Origin: the human T2T-CHM13v2.0 reference genome, Homo sapiens
Length of the DNA stretch: 64,000 nt
Strand: one strand, 5' to 3'
Assembly (NCBI RefSeq): GCF_009914755.1
Contig: NC_060939.1
Shown: piece by piece, positions 26,201-39,280 of the stretch
Layout: each line of letters opens with the position of its first letter
How positions within the stretch are numbered: position 1 is the first letter of the stretch
Notes under the pieces: model-generated
The model's input: only the letters and a program-made list of their open reading frames with translations
The model's database searches: none
Told to the model about the DNA's origin: nothing
Translations under genes and position numbers: made by a program

Positions 26201-27929
26201 CTGTCTATGAAAGGCACTGCTTCTTAACTAAAGACGTCAGGAGACAAGATATCTCCCCCTCAAAAGAAACTAACATGCAATTTCAGGTTCTGTGATTAGT
26301 GGTGAGTTAGATTTCATCTTTTGAAAGGGTGTAGGAGGAGGTGGGAAGGGATTTTTCAACATCTCTCAGATGATCCCAAGCAAGCTTTACATCAGTTTCC
26401 TGAGGGTTGACACTCACTTCACCACTGTTCTTGCATTTAAGATCAAATATAAAGGAGAGTGAGACATGTGAGTTGCAATATCTGAAAGTAGAGCCTCAAC
26501 AGGGACTCAAGTCTAACATGATGTCCATTTGGTTCAGGAAAGCATACATGCATCCTCAAAATAGGATGGGCTGTGTCTGCAGGAGAGTAAGCTCCCCAAA
26601 GACCGATACTCCTCTCGTATTTCCACCCTCCAGCTCCTCTTACATAGTCCTCTGTAACCCCCAAACTTGCCCTCCTGACTTATTGAGAGTTCAGGGTACT
26701 GGTGACCAATCCTGAAAACTGCTCCTTGGCTCCAGACCCACCCTGTCTCAACCTCATATGCTTTATTTTTTGTTCCCTTAATTCTCCTCCTCCATGCTCT
26801 CCCTCCATCTGGAAGAAGGAGGTGCATTTGTGAGCATTTATCTTTCCAGGAATAGCCTCTGAAGCTCAGAAAAGGGAACAGGCAGAGGAAAGAATGGCCA
26901 AGCCTATGGTCAAGTAGCCAGGTAGGACTGTAGGACGTGAGCCCAGCTCTGAGCTCATCAGGGCAAGATGGCTGTTGCTAGTCTGTGGCTGCCAGCAGAG
27001 AGCAAAGCAGAGAGAGCTGGCTTCTCCCCAGTCACTTTCCTGGGTGACAGTGAGGATTGCTCAGAGCTGAAGTATGCTAGACATCAATGATCAGAGGTAG
27101 CTATATAAAGTCCTGCTTTTCTTATTGATGTAACTAGGTTTGGGGCATGATAGGAGGGTTTGGGGGTGGATGCAAGGGAAAAGGACTGGTCTGAAGCCAG
27201 TGCTGGACCTGTGAAGCGAGCACCTTAATTGCTGCTTAGGAAGGAGTTCTGATGTGTGGAGGCTCGGCTACTTCCCTTGGCTGGGGGCATGCCCTGCCCT
27301 ACTTCAACCACACAGAGTGATAGGGACTTACTTTTTCAGACAGAACAGGAAACCAGGTAGGGCTGCCCAGAGTTGCCCTCGAGACCTGCACTCCTGGGTC
27401 CCTAAAGAAGTTTGAGAGGCAGGGCCAGACACCATGTTCCTCAGCAGGCCAAAGGGCTCTGTGGATGGGGGCAGGTGTGCATAGTGAATTCATCAGGCAT
27501 CAAATTCCCAAAGGAGGGGCACCTTTTCCAGCATCCACTCAGGGTTTGGGCTTGTGCCTGTGCCCTTTATTTCTCAGCTTGAGCTTGATATCTCTATGAA
27601 GTACCCCACTCCTACTTGAGAGAATAATAGGAGTAGAACAAGGCCAGGCAAGGAGTCCTAAGCAGTGATCTCCCCTCCATTCTTTTGTATTTGGCAGCTT
27701 GAAGGCTGCACTGCAGCTGAGGGCACAGTAACCATGGTGACAGGGCTGGCCCCATAGAAAGGGTAGGCTCCAGGGAAGGGTCAGCTTTGGGATATGTTTA
27801 GAGGTGAATCAGAAACACTTGCACTGATCTTATACAGATTTCTAAAGTTATGTTTCTCTCCAGTTATAGTCAGTGGAAGCCCCAGCTAGCATTTTACCTA
27901 ATGGCCTTTCATATTCATCAAGATTATCC

Positions 27930-28650
27930 TGAAAACCTTTAAGAATTAGTTCATCAAATCAAAATAGCTTTTTACAAGCATTTACATGTGTGACACTCTC
28001 TGTATAACACACAAAAATACATAAGATCCAAACTGTACTTCAGGAGGCTTTTATAGCAAGGAAACCAAGGTATTAAAGTCTTAAAGAGCTGAATATAAGC
28101 TCTGAATGACAATGGAAGATAGCAATAGAAAAATAGTAACAATGCAGCAAATGGTTAATTGTCGATGAATAATATAAACAATATTTTATTGAAGGATTCG
28201 TACTGGGGAGTCTTGGAAGGCTTTACAAAGTGGGCAGCATTTGAGCTGGGTGCAGGATGGGTAGGATCTGTCTCCCTGGCTCAGAAGACTGGAAGAGGAG
28301 GGGCAGTCCAGGAAGAAGTGAAAGCATAGGGCAGAGAGCAGAATGTGTGCCCAAGAATAAAGGGTAAACACTCTGACTGAAGTAGAGGCTTCAGGTGGGA
28401 CCTATGAGGGAGATGAGTTTATTACAGTAGCTCCAATTTGTGGGAATGAACATGAAATTGGGCATATTTGATAGCAGGATGGGGTGTGAGCCTGGGATTT
28501 AGAATGAGGATGATCAAGACCATCAGGGAGGAGCTCCAGGTCCCCAAGGGATGAGAGCACCAAAGAAATCGGTAAGCCATGAAGATAAATTTACTCAATT
28601 TTGTAGCTTTGCTGTAGACCATTCCTGGGGATAAGAAGCCAGTAACACAT
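27930..28650 (-). mobile_element. Degraded L2
   Basis: ggaaggctttacaaagtgggcagcatttgagctggg and similar purine-rich antisense L2 motifs. Confidence 0.55.
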
Positions 28651-29274
28651 TCATTCCAGAGCAAGCTCATCAGCATACAGAAAGGAATTGCTTCTGACTG
28701 TCTTGGGAAACTAACTCATGCATAATGAAGGCTAAATGCTGCCTTTAATAATTTTATAAATACAAAGCATGTGATTTGTCTACAGAAAACTGTAGAAAGT
28801 ATCCTGTTTGGAGAAATCATGTGTAAAAAGGTATGTGCACATATGTGTTCACAAGAATGCAGGAGCTATCAGAACTTCAATATGTATGTGCAAACATGAT
28901 ATTGAGCTCCAAACATCAACTTATTATTGTTTCTTGGTTAAATATCCTCATATATTGTTTCAGAAGCAATTTCAACATCTTGACCCCAGAATCTCACAAA
29001 AGACAAATCACTTTTTCTCCAGCAAGATTCTGTGGTATGCCCAAGCCTGCTTTTGTCTCCTTACCAACAGTGGAGGGAATCTCAAGTTGAATCTTGAGAG
29101 CCCAGTATTTCAAGTGAAATTCTGTCCCATCTTTCATGGTCATGAAACCCTTTTTCATGCTCCTGCCAACACCAATCTTTCCAATTTTCCATAGATTAGA
29201 TATATAATGGTACTTAGTTTTTCTGATTTAATATATATGACTTGTTGCCCTATCAAGAGTATGGGATCTTGTCA

Positions 29275-29412
29275 CCCACAGTATGGGTATCACTTGAGAA
29301 GTTAGAAATGCAGAATTTCAGGCTCTACCCTAGACTAACTGAATAGCATCTGCAATTTAACAAGACCCTGAGAGATCTGTGTGCATATTTAGTGTTTGAG
29401 AGACATTTCTCT
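29275..29412. mobile_element. MER5A
   Basis: gttagaaatgcagaatttcaggctctaccctagactaactgaat...tttaacaagaccc...gtttgagagaca. Confidence 0.8.
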
Positions 29413-29599
29413 AGGAGACGGAGAGCGTATTTTGCATTTTACCCATATTCACATCCCTCTGTAATCTCATGGAACCATGGCAGCCATGAAGTAAATCGAA
29501 CCCATTCTTAGTGAATTCAATTAAAACAATCCTCAATGGCGAACCACTCTAACAAAGAGATAGTGTTGTCATCATTTTATCTGATTCAAACAACCACCC

Positions 29600-29700
29600 A
29601 GGGAGACAGGCAAAACACACTGTTTTATCCCCATTTTACAAGTAAAAAAATGGAAACTCAGAAGGGTTTAATTGTTTCCTAAGGTCAAACAACTGGAACT
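29600..29700 (-). mobile_element. MIR fragment cut off by the L1 at 29701
   Basis: atccccattttacaag...gaaactcagaagggttta...cctaaggtcaaacaact. Confidence 0.75.
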
Positions 29701-30305
29701 TAACAATATTAATTTTTTCAACCCATGAGCATGAAATATCTTTTCTTTTTTTCTTTTTCATTTTTTGTTGTTGTTGTTGTCCTCTTTAATTTCTGTCATC
29801 AGTGTTTTACAATTTTCCTTGCAGAGATCTTCCACTTTTTGGTTAAATTTATTCCTAGATATTTTATTTTTGTAACTATTACAAATGGGATTACTTTCTT
29901 GATTTCTCTTGCAGACTGATCATACTAGTGTATAGAAATGCTACTGATTTTTGTATGTTGATTTTGTATCTAACAACTTTACTAAATTTGTCAGTTCTAA
30001 GAGTTTTTTGGCAGTCTTTGGGTTTTTCTAAATATAAGATCATGCTGTCTGCAAACAAGGACAATATGACTTCTTCCTATCCAATTTGGATGCCCTTTAT
30101 TTCTTCCTCTTGCTTAATTGCTATGCTTAGGACCTCCAGCACTAGGATGAATAAAAGTCATGAAAGTGGGCATCCTTGTCTTGTTCCAGATCTTAGTGCA
30201 AACACTTTCAACTTTTCCCTGTTCAGTATATTAGCTGTGGGCTTGTCATATATGTTCTTTATTGTGTTGAGGACTTTTGATTATGAAGGGATGTTGAATT
30301 TTATC
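29701..30305 (-). mobile_element. Inverted 5' segment of an L1MA-type LINE-1 (ORF2)
   Basis: Antisense ORF2 from aacaatattaatt (INIVK region) back to gttgaattttatc (DKIQH region). Confidence 0.9.
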
Positions 30306-31922
30306 CACATCAAATACCAATGACATTCTTCCCTGAAATAGAAAAAAAAAATCCTAGAATTCATATGGAAGCACAAAAGACCCTGAAACTGAGGGCATCA
30401 GACTACCTGATTTCAAATGATATTACTAAGCTATAGTAACCCAAACAGCATGGTACTGGCATAAAACAGATACATAGACCAATTGAACACAGCCAACCCC
30501 TTTTTGGCAAAGTTGTCAAGAACATACACTGGGTAAAGAACTGTCTCTTTAGTAAATGCTTCTGTGAAAACTGGATATCCATATAGAGAAGAATGAAACC
30601 AGACCCCACCTCTCACCACATACAAAAATTAATTCAAAATGGACTAAAGACTTAAATGTAAGAGCTACAATGAAACTACTAGAAGAAAACATTGGGGAAT
30701 CACTACAGGACATTGGTCTGGGCAGATTTTGAGGAGGTAAGATATTAAAAGCATAGTCAAGAAGAGCAAAAATAGACAAATGGAATTACATCAAGCTAAA
30801 AAGCTTCTGCACAGCAAAGGAAACAATCAACAAAGTGAAGAAACAACCTACAGAATAGGAGAAAGTATTTGCAAACTATCCATCCAACAAGAGATTAATT
30901 GCCAGAAATTATAAGAAACTCCAACAACTCAATAACGAAAAAACAAATAATCGAATTTAAAATAAGCAAAACACCTAAATAGACATTTTTCAAAAGAAGA
31001 CGTACAAATGGCCAATAGGTATATGTAAAAATGCTCAACATCACTAATCATCAGAGAAATGCACATCAAAACCACAATGAGATATCATATCACCCCAGTT
31101 AGAATGGCTATTGTCAAAAAACACACAAAAAATAACCAATACTAACAAGGATGAGGAGAAATGGGAATGCTCATACACTGTTGGTCAGAATGTAATGTAG
31201 TACAGCCATTATGGAAAACAGTATGGAGGTTCTTCAGCCAACTGAAAATAGAACTACTATATGATCCAGCAATGCCACTGCTGGTATACACCCAAAAGGA
31301 AGAAAATCAGTATATCAAAGACATATCTACACTTCCATGTTTGTTGGCTCACTATTCATAATAGCCAAGATGTGGAATTAACCTGTGTCTATCAAGGGAT
31401 ATTGATGGATATAGAAAATGTGGTGTATAATACAATGGAATATTATTCATCCGTGAAAAAGAATGAAATCTTGTTTTTTGCAACAACATGGATGGAACTG
31501 GAGGTCATTGTGTTAAATGGAATAAGCCAAGGCACAGAAAGACAAATATCACACATTCTCATTCGTAAGTGGGAGCTAGAAAAGTGGATCTCATGGAGGT
31601 GGAGAGTAGAATGGTGGTTACCAGAGTCTGGAAAGAAAAATAGGAAGGGGGGTTGAAGAGGAGTTGGTTTAGGGGTACAAAAATACAGTCAGATAGAAGG
31701 AATAAGTGCTAGTACTTGATAGTACAGTAAGAAAATTATAGTTTACAATAACTTATTGTATATTTCAATATAACTAGAAGAATTGTAATGTTCCCAAAAC
31801 AAACATAAATGTTTGAGATGATGGATGTCATAGTTACCATGATTTGATCATTATACATTGTATGCGTGTATCAAAATGTCACACATGCCCCCAAAATATG
31901 TACAACTATTATGTATCAAAAT
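30306..31922 (+). mobile_element. Sense 3' segment of an L1MA-type (L1MA4-6-like) LINE-1
   Basis: Starts at atcaaataccaatgacattcttc (IPMTFF region), runs through ORF2 C-terminus (ORF 31161-31361 HCW...[11 protein letters not shown]) into an L1MA 3'UTR ending tacaactattatgtatcaa. Confidence 0.92.
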
Positions 31923-32010
31923 ATTTTTTAAATGATTATTATAGACAGATGACTACCAAAGGGAAAGAAAGGAAAATCTATAAATGATTAGAAAGCATAT
32001 TTACATTTAA

Positions 32011-32352
<342 letters not shown>

Positions 32353-32439
32353 TAATTTCAAACTTTTGATCTCCTTTGCATGCTGCACATACCCAAAAGA
32401 ATGATGAAGAGACTGTGTGGAATTTCGTTTGAGTAGATA

Positions 32440-33320
32440 TACTCCTGGGCCCTGGAGCACATATACAAAGCCTGATTGAACCCACAGAATATCCTAAATT
32501 ATCTTTGGTCAAATATGGAATAGAAAGATTTATCATCTGTGTTGTGTTTCTAACTGCCTTGTCCCAAAACAACCTTGCCTAAAAAGCAAAACATCCTTTA
32601 CTTAAGCTATCTTTTAGGAAGGAAAGGAGGATCTATAATTTTTCTCATCTTGGTTTTCTCCAGGATGAATGGAGACTATTTTCAAAACGAGGATGCCTAG
32701 TACATTTTTACCTACTTTTGAAAAAAAGCATAGCACTAGATAGAAATACTGATGGTATTTATTTGAGAAAAATACAATAAGTTTTCCCAAAAGGTTGATA
32801 ATAATTTTTAGGAAAAAATAAATATAATGATCAATTTCTTTCTTTTGCACCCATGACAAATAGCTAGAGCCAAAATTAAAAAGATTCTATTACAATCGAA
32901 ACCATTAAATGCATATCTATTTAATTCACAACATAAATGATTTAATTATTCAAATAAAATTTAAAACTCCTAATGGGGAAATAAAAGATGAGAGGAATAA
33001 TTGGAAAGATATACATTGCTTCGTACTGGAAAGACCAAATACCCTAGTAATGACAATAATTCCTAAGCAAATATTTATAGATTTTATGCAAAACCAAGAT
33101 CCCAAATGAATACATTATAGACTCAGACAAACTCACAGAGTAATTCATCTAGGAGAATAACCTATCAGGAATATTGAAGCATTCCTTTTAAAAAGATAAT
33201 TATAATGGCTTGGCATACGTGATTTTAAAACATGATTTATAGCAACAATTATCAAAACAATCAGTTATTGGATTAAAAATAAGAGAAGTTGACCAGTATT
33301 TTAAAATAGTGTTTCTAAAT
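32440..33320 (+). mobile_element. Ancient L1M ORF2 fragment
   Basis: ORF 32909-33109 EIKDERNNWKDIHCFVLERPNTLVMTIIPK aligns by eye to L1 ORF2 [30 protein letters not shown]. Confidence 0.75.
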
Positions 33321-33349
33321 TAAATACTTAATATCTAAATAACTAAAGC

Positions 33350-34072
33350 AACAGTCACATTACACTGGTGACTCACATTAAATTTACTGTCAACTGAGAA
33401 CTCAAATAATTTTCATATTATTATTTACCCAATTCTTTCCTATTCTCTATTTTGTTAAAGAATAACTTTCAAAATGAGGTAAAATCATGACTCTCATATA
33501 AATAAAAAGTGAACATGCATTAAAGATTTTATTTAACTCGTTATTTTATAACAGAACCAAGCAGATGCTTCTACCTGTTCTAAGGTGAATCCAAAGAACA
33601 GATACATTTTAGATTAGAAGGAGTGTTAAAATAAAATTGCGAATGGATACAAAACTGGCTGATCCACAGTGTCACTTGAACTTACACAGGACAGAATTTA
33701 TTTGCAAGTCTATATATGAGAATTATTTTGGACTGCTGTGGGTTATCTATAATTTACATAATTGAAAAATAGCTCAAAGGTAATGAAAGGTGCAGAATGC
33801 CCATAGAATCAGAATCAGTTAATCCAGAAGTGGGTGCTCTAAACAATGCAGGTTACCACCGAAGCACAAATTTTTCTCTACAATTTGAACAGTGGGGTTT
33901 TTATTGTACCCAACCAAAGAGTGTTACATCTGTGTGTATTAGATCTGATATTGACAGATTCAGCCTATCATATTCTTATACCTCCCAGCTTCATGCATAC
34001 ACATATTGGAATAGGACATTATCAATGTCATTGTCCAAACCATTAATTTAAAAAAAAGTTGAACAGGACAGA
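33350..34072 (-). mobile_element. L3/CR1 LINE relic split by an LTR
   Basis: cacattacactggtgactcacattaaatttactgtcaact (left) and ctcccagcttc...tgtcattgtccaaaccattaat...gttgaacaggacag (right) resemble consecutive antisense L3 sequence. Confidence 0.6.
33453..33882 (-). mobile_element. ERV1-class solo LTR (LTR37-like)
   Basis: TG...CA termini, perfect 4-bp TSD ATTT (33449-33452 / 33883-33886), minus-strand AATAAA near the 3' end (taaagattttatttaactc). Confidence 0.7.
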
Positions 34073-34085
34073 AAAATCAAAGTAC

Positions 34086-34124
34086 CTCAACCATATGTAT
34101 CTCAACCAATGTATCTCAACCATA
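34086..34124. repeat. Short tandem repeat, 14-15 bp unit, about 2.7 copies
   Basis: ctcaaccatatgtat ctcaaccaatgtat ctcaaccata. Confidence 0.85.
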
Positions 34125-34261
34125 AAGACGATATGTCTTTCTTTAAATTGAAAAAGTAGAGACAACCATCTGAGATAATAATGGTAGAGAAATATCTTTC
34201 AAATGGCAGAATGAGATAACCAGAGAACAGAAAGAAACAGGACAAGTAAAACAGAAGTGCT

Positions 34262-34440
34262 ATTTCATTTATGCAACTAGTGTTTTTTGAGAACCACTGG
34301 TGCCAGGTATTGTGCTAGATGCTGACGACACTGAGACAAACGAAAGGCAAGCCCCTGCTCTTGTGGAGATTTATAGTCAGGAGTGGAATTGGGGAAATGA
34401 CATTAAACAGACAATTTATACATTGGTGCAATGGTAAGTG
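34262..34440 (-). mobile_element. L2 3' fragment
   Basis: tttttgagaaccactggtgccaggtattgtgctagatgctg...gcccctgctcttgtggagatttatagtc. Confidence 0.8.
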
Positions 34441-34929
34441 ATGTACCTAATGTGGTAAGTGATACCAGGAAGAGTTACACAGCTGTTAAGCAAGTGTAGC
34501 GTGAGTAGATATGAACATACTAATCATTCTAGTTAGTTTCAACCTTGTAACTATTAGGTCTTTATCTTTTACTTTGTGTGTTTGTTGGTTTGTTGTAAGG
34601 ATGTTTGAAGTGGAAGCAAACAAAAACGATTTGAGAGTTGAGATGTAACTACTATTTAGCAAAATAAGAATGGTCATGGCTTGCCTCAATTTTCCCCTCT
34701 TCCTGAATAACCAGACAGTACCAATCAAGTATTTCCTTTACGTGGGATGAACATGATGAGGAAAAAGTCTTAGTTCAGATTCTGTTGTGACCAACGGAAA
34801 TAAACACTGTTACTACAAGCCAGACACTAGCACATAAAATAGCTTTGTCATGCGGCCATAGGAATTTACTTTTTCTATGCAGACAAAGCTATCTCTGTAT
34901 ATGCATGTGATTTTAAACTCTATTAAAAA

Positions 34930-36400
34930 TTAAAATTTAACTCACAACTAGCAGAAGACATTTGCTACATATTATAATTGACAAAGCATTAATATAGAAG
35001 ATATTTAAATAATCTCTAAAATTAATAAGATATCCCATAAAACTTGGGCATATGAACAGGCATTTTACGGAAGAAGAAATACTTAGGGCCAAGAAATGTA
35101 TGAAAATATGTTTAACCTCATCAAAAGGGAGAGTACAAATTAAAACCACAACTATCTTGCTTCCACTCAATTGGCAAAAATGTAGAAGTCTGACAACAGC
35201 CAGTGTTGAAGATGGTGTGAAGCAATCAGAAATCCTACACACTCTGGTGGAAGTGTAAATTGGTATAACCACTCTGGGAAACACTTTGTCATTATCTAGT
35301 CAAACTGAAGATGTCCGTTTCCTACTACATGACCATTCTGATCTTGGGAGACACTTGCTCGTATGCTCCAAGAAACATGGACCTGAATGTTCATACCAGC
35401 ATTTCTGGAATGGTTGTATGGGGGAAGAGGCTAAATGTCCATCGACAAGAGCCTGTATAAATAAATTGTGGTATATTCTTATAATGAAATACCATGTAGC
35501 TGTAAAAAAGAGTTCTCAAAGCACAAAGATGAAGAGGGAAAGTTCCAGGAACACACACATATATATATGAATATGTATATATATAGCATAAATATATAGT
35601 ATATATATGATATGTAATTATATATATACACAAATAAACAACATATATATGAATATGTATATTGTTATAGGTATATGTGTATATTGATAAAAGAAAAACT
35701 TCAACCAAATTATATTTAAAGGAGTTTAATTGAGCAATTAAGAATTCGCCAGTTGGGCCGCCCCCAGAATCACAGCAGATTCACAGAGGCTCCAGCGCAG
35801 CCACGTGGTGGAAGAGTTATATACAAAGAAAGGAAAACGATGTACAGAAATTGGCAGCGAGGTACAGAAACAGCTGGATTGGTTACAGGTTGGCGTTTGC
35901 CTTCTTTGAACACAGTTCCAACAGTTAGCAGTCTGAGTGGTTGAAGTATGGCCGCTGGAATTAGCCAAGACTCAGTTATTGTTACCGGCAAATGGTCCTA
36001 AATTAGGTTTTCAATTTTGCCTGACTGTTAAGCTAGGTTACAGTTCATCCACAAGGACTCAAATATAGAAGTATGGAGTCCTTTAGTTTGCTTTAACAAT
36101 ATACATATACATATACATATACATAACATAATATACATAACATAATTCATAATAAATTCCATTTGTTAAAAGCACAAAGCTAAACTATTTGGGATATAAA
36201 TGTAAAGAAAAGCCAGAGAATAATAATAAACACAAAATTCAAGACAGCGGTTAGCTCTACGGAACAGGGAGAGAGATTAGAGCAGTACAAGAACACAGGG
36301 GCATCAGGCGTATTTCTTAAGCTTGTTGGTGACTACGCTGCTGTTTATTTCAGTATTGTTCTTTAAACTGTTCATATAAATTATATATATATTCTATTTT
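34930..36400 (+). mobile_element. Ancient L1ME/L1MC 3' end, interrupted by TA-rich repeat and MER57A1
   Basis: ORF 35052-35258 MNRHFTEEEI..AKKCMK..QIKTT is ORF2 C-terminal; 3'UTR-like sequence resumes after 36140 (aacacaaaattcaagacagcggtta). Confidence 0.8.
35685..36098 (-). mobile_element. MER57A1-like ERV1 solo LTR
   Basis: tgataaaagaaaaacttca...cccccagaatcacagcagattcacagag...ggactcaaatatagaagtatggagtcc...tttgctttaaca; 4-bp TSD ATAT at 35681-35684 / 36099-36102. Confidence 0.9.
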
Positions 36401-36584
36401 ATATGCGTTATAGTAAAATATATAAATATGGATATGCTTTTATTAATATTACATATTTATATATAATGATGTGTATATATATCATACATATAATTATATA
36501 TGTACTGATTATATATACAAATCACAAATATTTGTTACCAATATAGTTACCAATGCTTAGAGGTCAGCCTACAAAGAATGTGGG

Positions 36585-36587
<3 letters not shown>

Positions 36588-36617
<30 letters not shown>
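36588..36617. repeat. (TG)n microsatellite at the L1PB tail
   Basis: Perfect TG run adjoining poly-T. Confidence 0.95.
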
Positions 36618-36621
<4 letters not shown>

Positions 36622-37070
36622 ATTTGTTTTTTTTTTTTTATTTCAATAGGTTTTTGGGGAACAGATAGTGTTTGGTTATATGAAAAAGTTCTTCAGTGGT
36701 GATTTCTGAGATTTTGGTACACCCATCACCCGAGCAGTATACATTGTATCCAATGTGTATCTTTTATCCCTCGCCATCCCCCATCTTTTTCCCTGAGTCC
36801 CCAAAGTCCAATGTATCATTCTTATGGCTTTGCGTCTTTATATGAGTTCTCATACATGTTCTCCCACATATGAATGAGAACATACGATGCTTTATTTTTC
36901 ATTCCTTAGTTACTTCACTTAGAATGATAGTCTCCAGCTCCATCCAGGTTGCTGTGAATGCCATTATTCTGTTCCTTTTTATGGCTGAGTAGTATTCCAT
37001 GGCATATATGTATATACTACATTTTCTTTATCCTCTCATTGATTGATGGTCATTTGGGCCAATTCCATTT
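36618..37070 (-). mobile_element. 5'-truncated L1PB1-like 3' end
   Basis: tttatttcaataggtttttggggaacag...ggtgatttctgagattttggtacacccatcacccgagcagt is the L1PB 3'UTR signature. Confidence 0.9.
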
Positions 37071-38754
37071 TTTTAAGTGTTTCTCTTGCTCTAGGTATTT
37101 TGGTAACTATTTGTTACTTTACAAATCATGGAAAGCTGAAATTCTCCAAGTTTGTTTTATTCCAACATAAAAATATCTCTGTAAAATAATTGCCATAAAA
37201 TGCCTTCTCTTCTGCATTGCTATGTTGGGAAGCTGATATAAATTATCTTAGCTTTTAGATAAAAAAAAATTTCTAATATGAGTGCTATCTGGAAAGCTCT
37301 TCCTGCACATTCTGAAGTTCTTTATGCTGATTTCTTGGGTCATACTATCAAGCATAGCACCTGGCTGCAGCAGCTGTGGATAAAACCTGTCCACCTGCAT
37401 TCTCAAGGGGTTTGTGCTGTTTAATTTAATTCCCACCTCAAATTAACTAGGATCTAACTAGGTGGAGTCATGTCCACGGGTCTTGGGTCTCTCCCTGAGT
37501 TACTGTTGGGATCTGCTCTCCGTCTCTGTCTAGTCTGAATGCCTATCTACCAAGTTCTGTGGGCTGCCTCATGCTGTTCACTGCTTCCTTATAGTCTCTA
37601 CCTGGAATTTTTAGGGAAAATTAATCTCCTTAGTTCCCAAGCAATCAGGCATATCATCAACATCTCTGCTTGCATGCAAAATAAGGCAGCAATGGGTTTT
37701 TCTTTTAAAGATTTTTTTCAATACTATTACATCAATTCTTTTCACACCTGTAAATGCATTGACCACAGTGAGAGGGCTTATCAGGCTCTGTCAGTCATTG
37801 TTAGTAATTCCCTAAGTTGGATGATCAAGCCTTACCCACATTATGAAACCTTCCCAACACCTTTGGCATGGAGCTGAACAGCCCTTCTCTAAAAGACCAC
37901 ATCCTGTCAACCCCGGTTTTCTCTCGCTTCACCCCTCGTATCACAGGAAACACAAAGACATGTTACTGGGGATTATCAAGGATATATGTTCCCGGGGATC
38001 ATAAGAGATTTTCCAGCACATTCCAAGATATACATGTCTTCAGTCCCATTGTCTGCCCTGTACATATGACATAATGAAAGAGTTGACCACTCTTACTAAT
38101 TGACACCAAATATATGCAGAAACAAATTTCTCACATTAAAAAATCAGACATGTTCAAAAAGTTCATTTTTAGGTCAATTGATGATATTTGAAACTCATTC
38201 TTCTCTAAAAACAGTGTTTGTAATGCTGATGCTGACCACAGGCTTGACCCCAATACCCCATCTAACCCACAAAGTATCAGAAATAGCATATGATTGCAGT
38301 GAAAATACATGGAACACAACATTTTTTACTCTGCTTTGTTACAATACTGGTAATAAAATATGACACACAACAGTAAGAAAGAAATAAGAAAAGTAAGAAA
38401 ATAAATTATTTTTAATTTTCTTGTATTCTGATGCTTGAGGAAAGGTAAATTCGTCTAGGAGAGACAAAAATGTAGATGAAAATTTGTGAATACCTTAAAG
38501 GGAAGTTGAGGTAACTTTCAAGGATTTCTAGAAGCTGATGAGAATGACATTTTAGAAGCAGTAGTAGAAGAAGAATCATCACTATTCACAGTTTTGCTTC
38601 AACATTTCTGTCTTTCTTTTCCTTGGTACAAACCTATCACTTGTAGAACTCAAGCCATGTGTTGGGCTCACAAAATGAAATAATAGACAGAAGGGGAAGG
38701 TTGAAATTGAGAAAAGAGGGGCTTTCCTAAGTAAGCAAAAGAAAGTACCTTGCA

Positions 38755-39280
38755 TAGCATTAATTGATTTAAAATCCATGTTTAGCATGCACTATCTGTC
38801 CAGTTCTATGCTGGGTCTTACGGATATAAAGAAGAATCGAACAGTTGCTACCATCATAACACCGACCTATTGCAGTAGGTGGTGAAACAAAGTGAGGCAG
38901 GGGCTGGGAGTCAGAACAGACAAGCACACCTGCAAATTACACTATAATGTGCTGAAAGCTGTCTTAAAGGATGAGGAAGGTGCTGTTTGTGGAAATCTGG
39001 AAATGCTCCCCTAAAATGACATTTAATTCTCAAAAATGAATAGAAATTTTTCAGAAGGAACAAAATGTACAAAGGCATAAGCATACAATCATTTTGGAAA
39101 TGATGTGAGGTTCAGAGTAAATGCAGGGAAGGAGGGTAAGACATGGCAGATGAGGCTGAATAAATAAGAGGAAAATGCATCCTGCAGACTTTAATGCCCA
39201 AGGAGAGTTTAAACTCAATTCTATTGGAAACTCGGAGACAACCAATTCAATTTGAATGTTAGAACAATGAAGGAAGATTA
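38755..39280 (-). mobile_element. Degraded L2
   Basis: tgtttagcatgcactatctgtccagttctatgctggg; tttaatgcccaaggagagtttaaactcaattctattggaaa. Confidence 0.6.

Noticed and set aside
34431-34463. Duplicated tggtaagtgat giving two donor-like motifs
   Set aside because: Small local duplication at an L2 edge with no matching acceptor.
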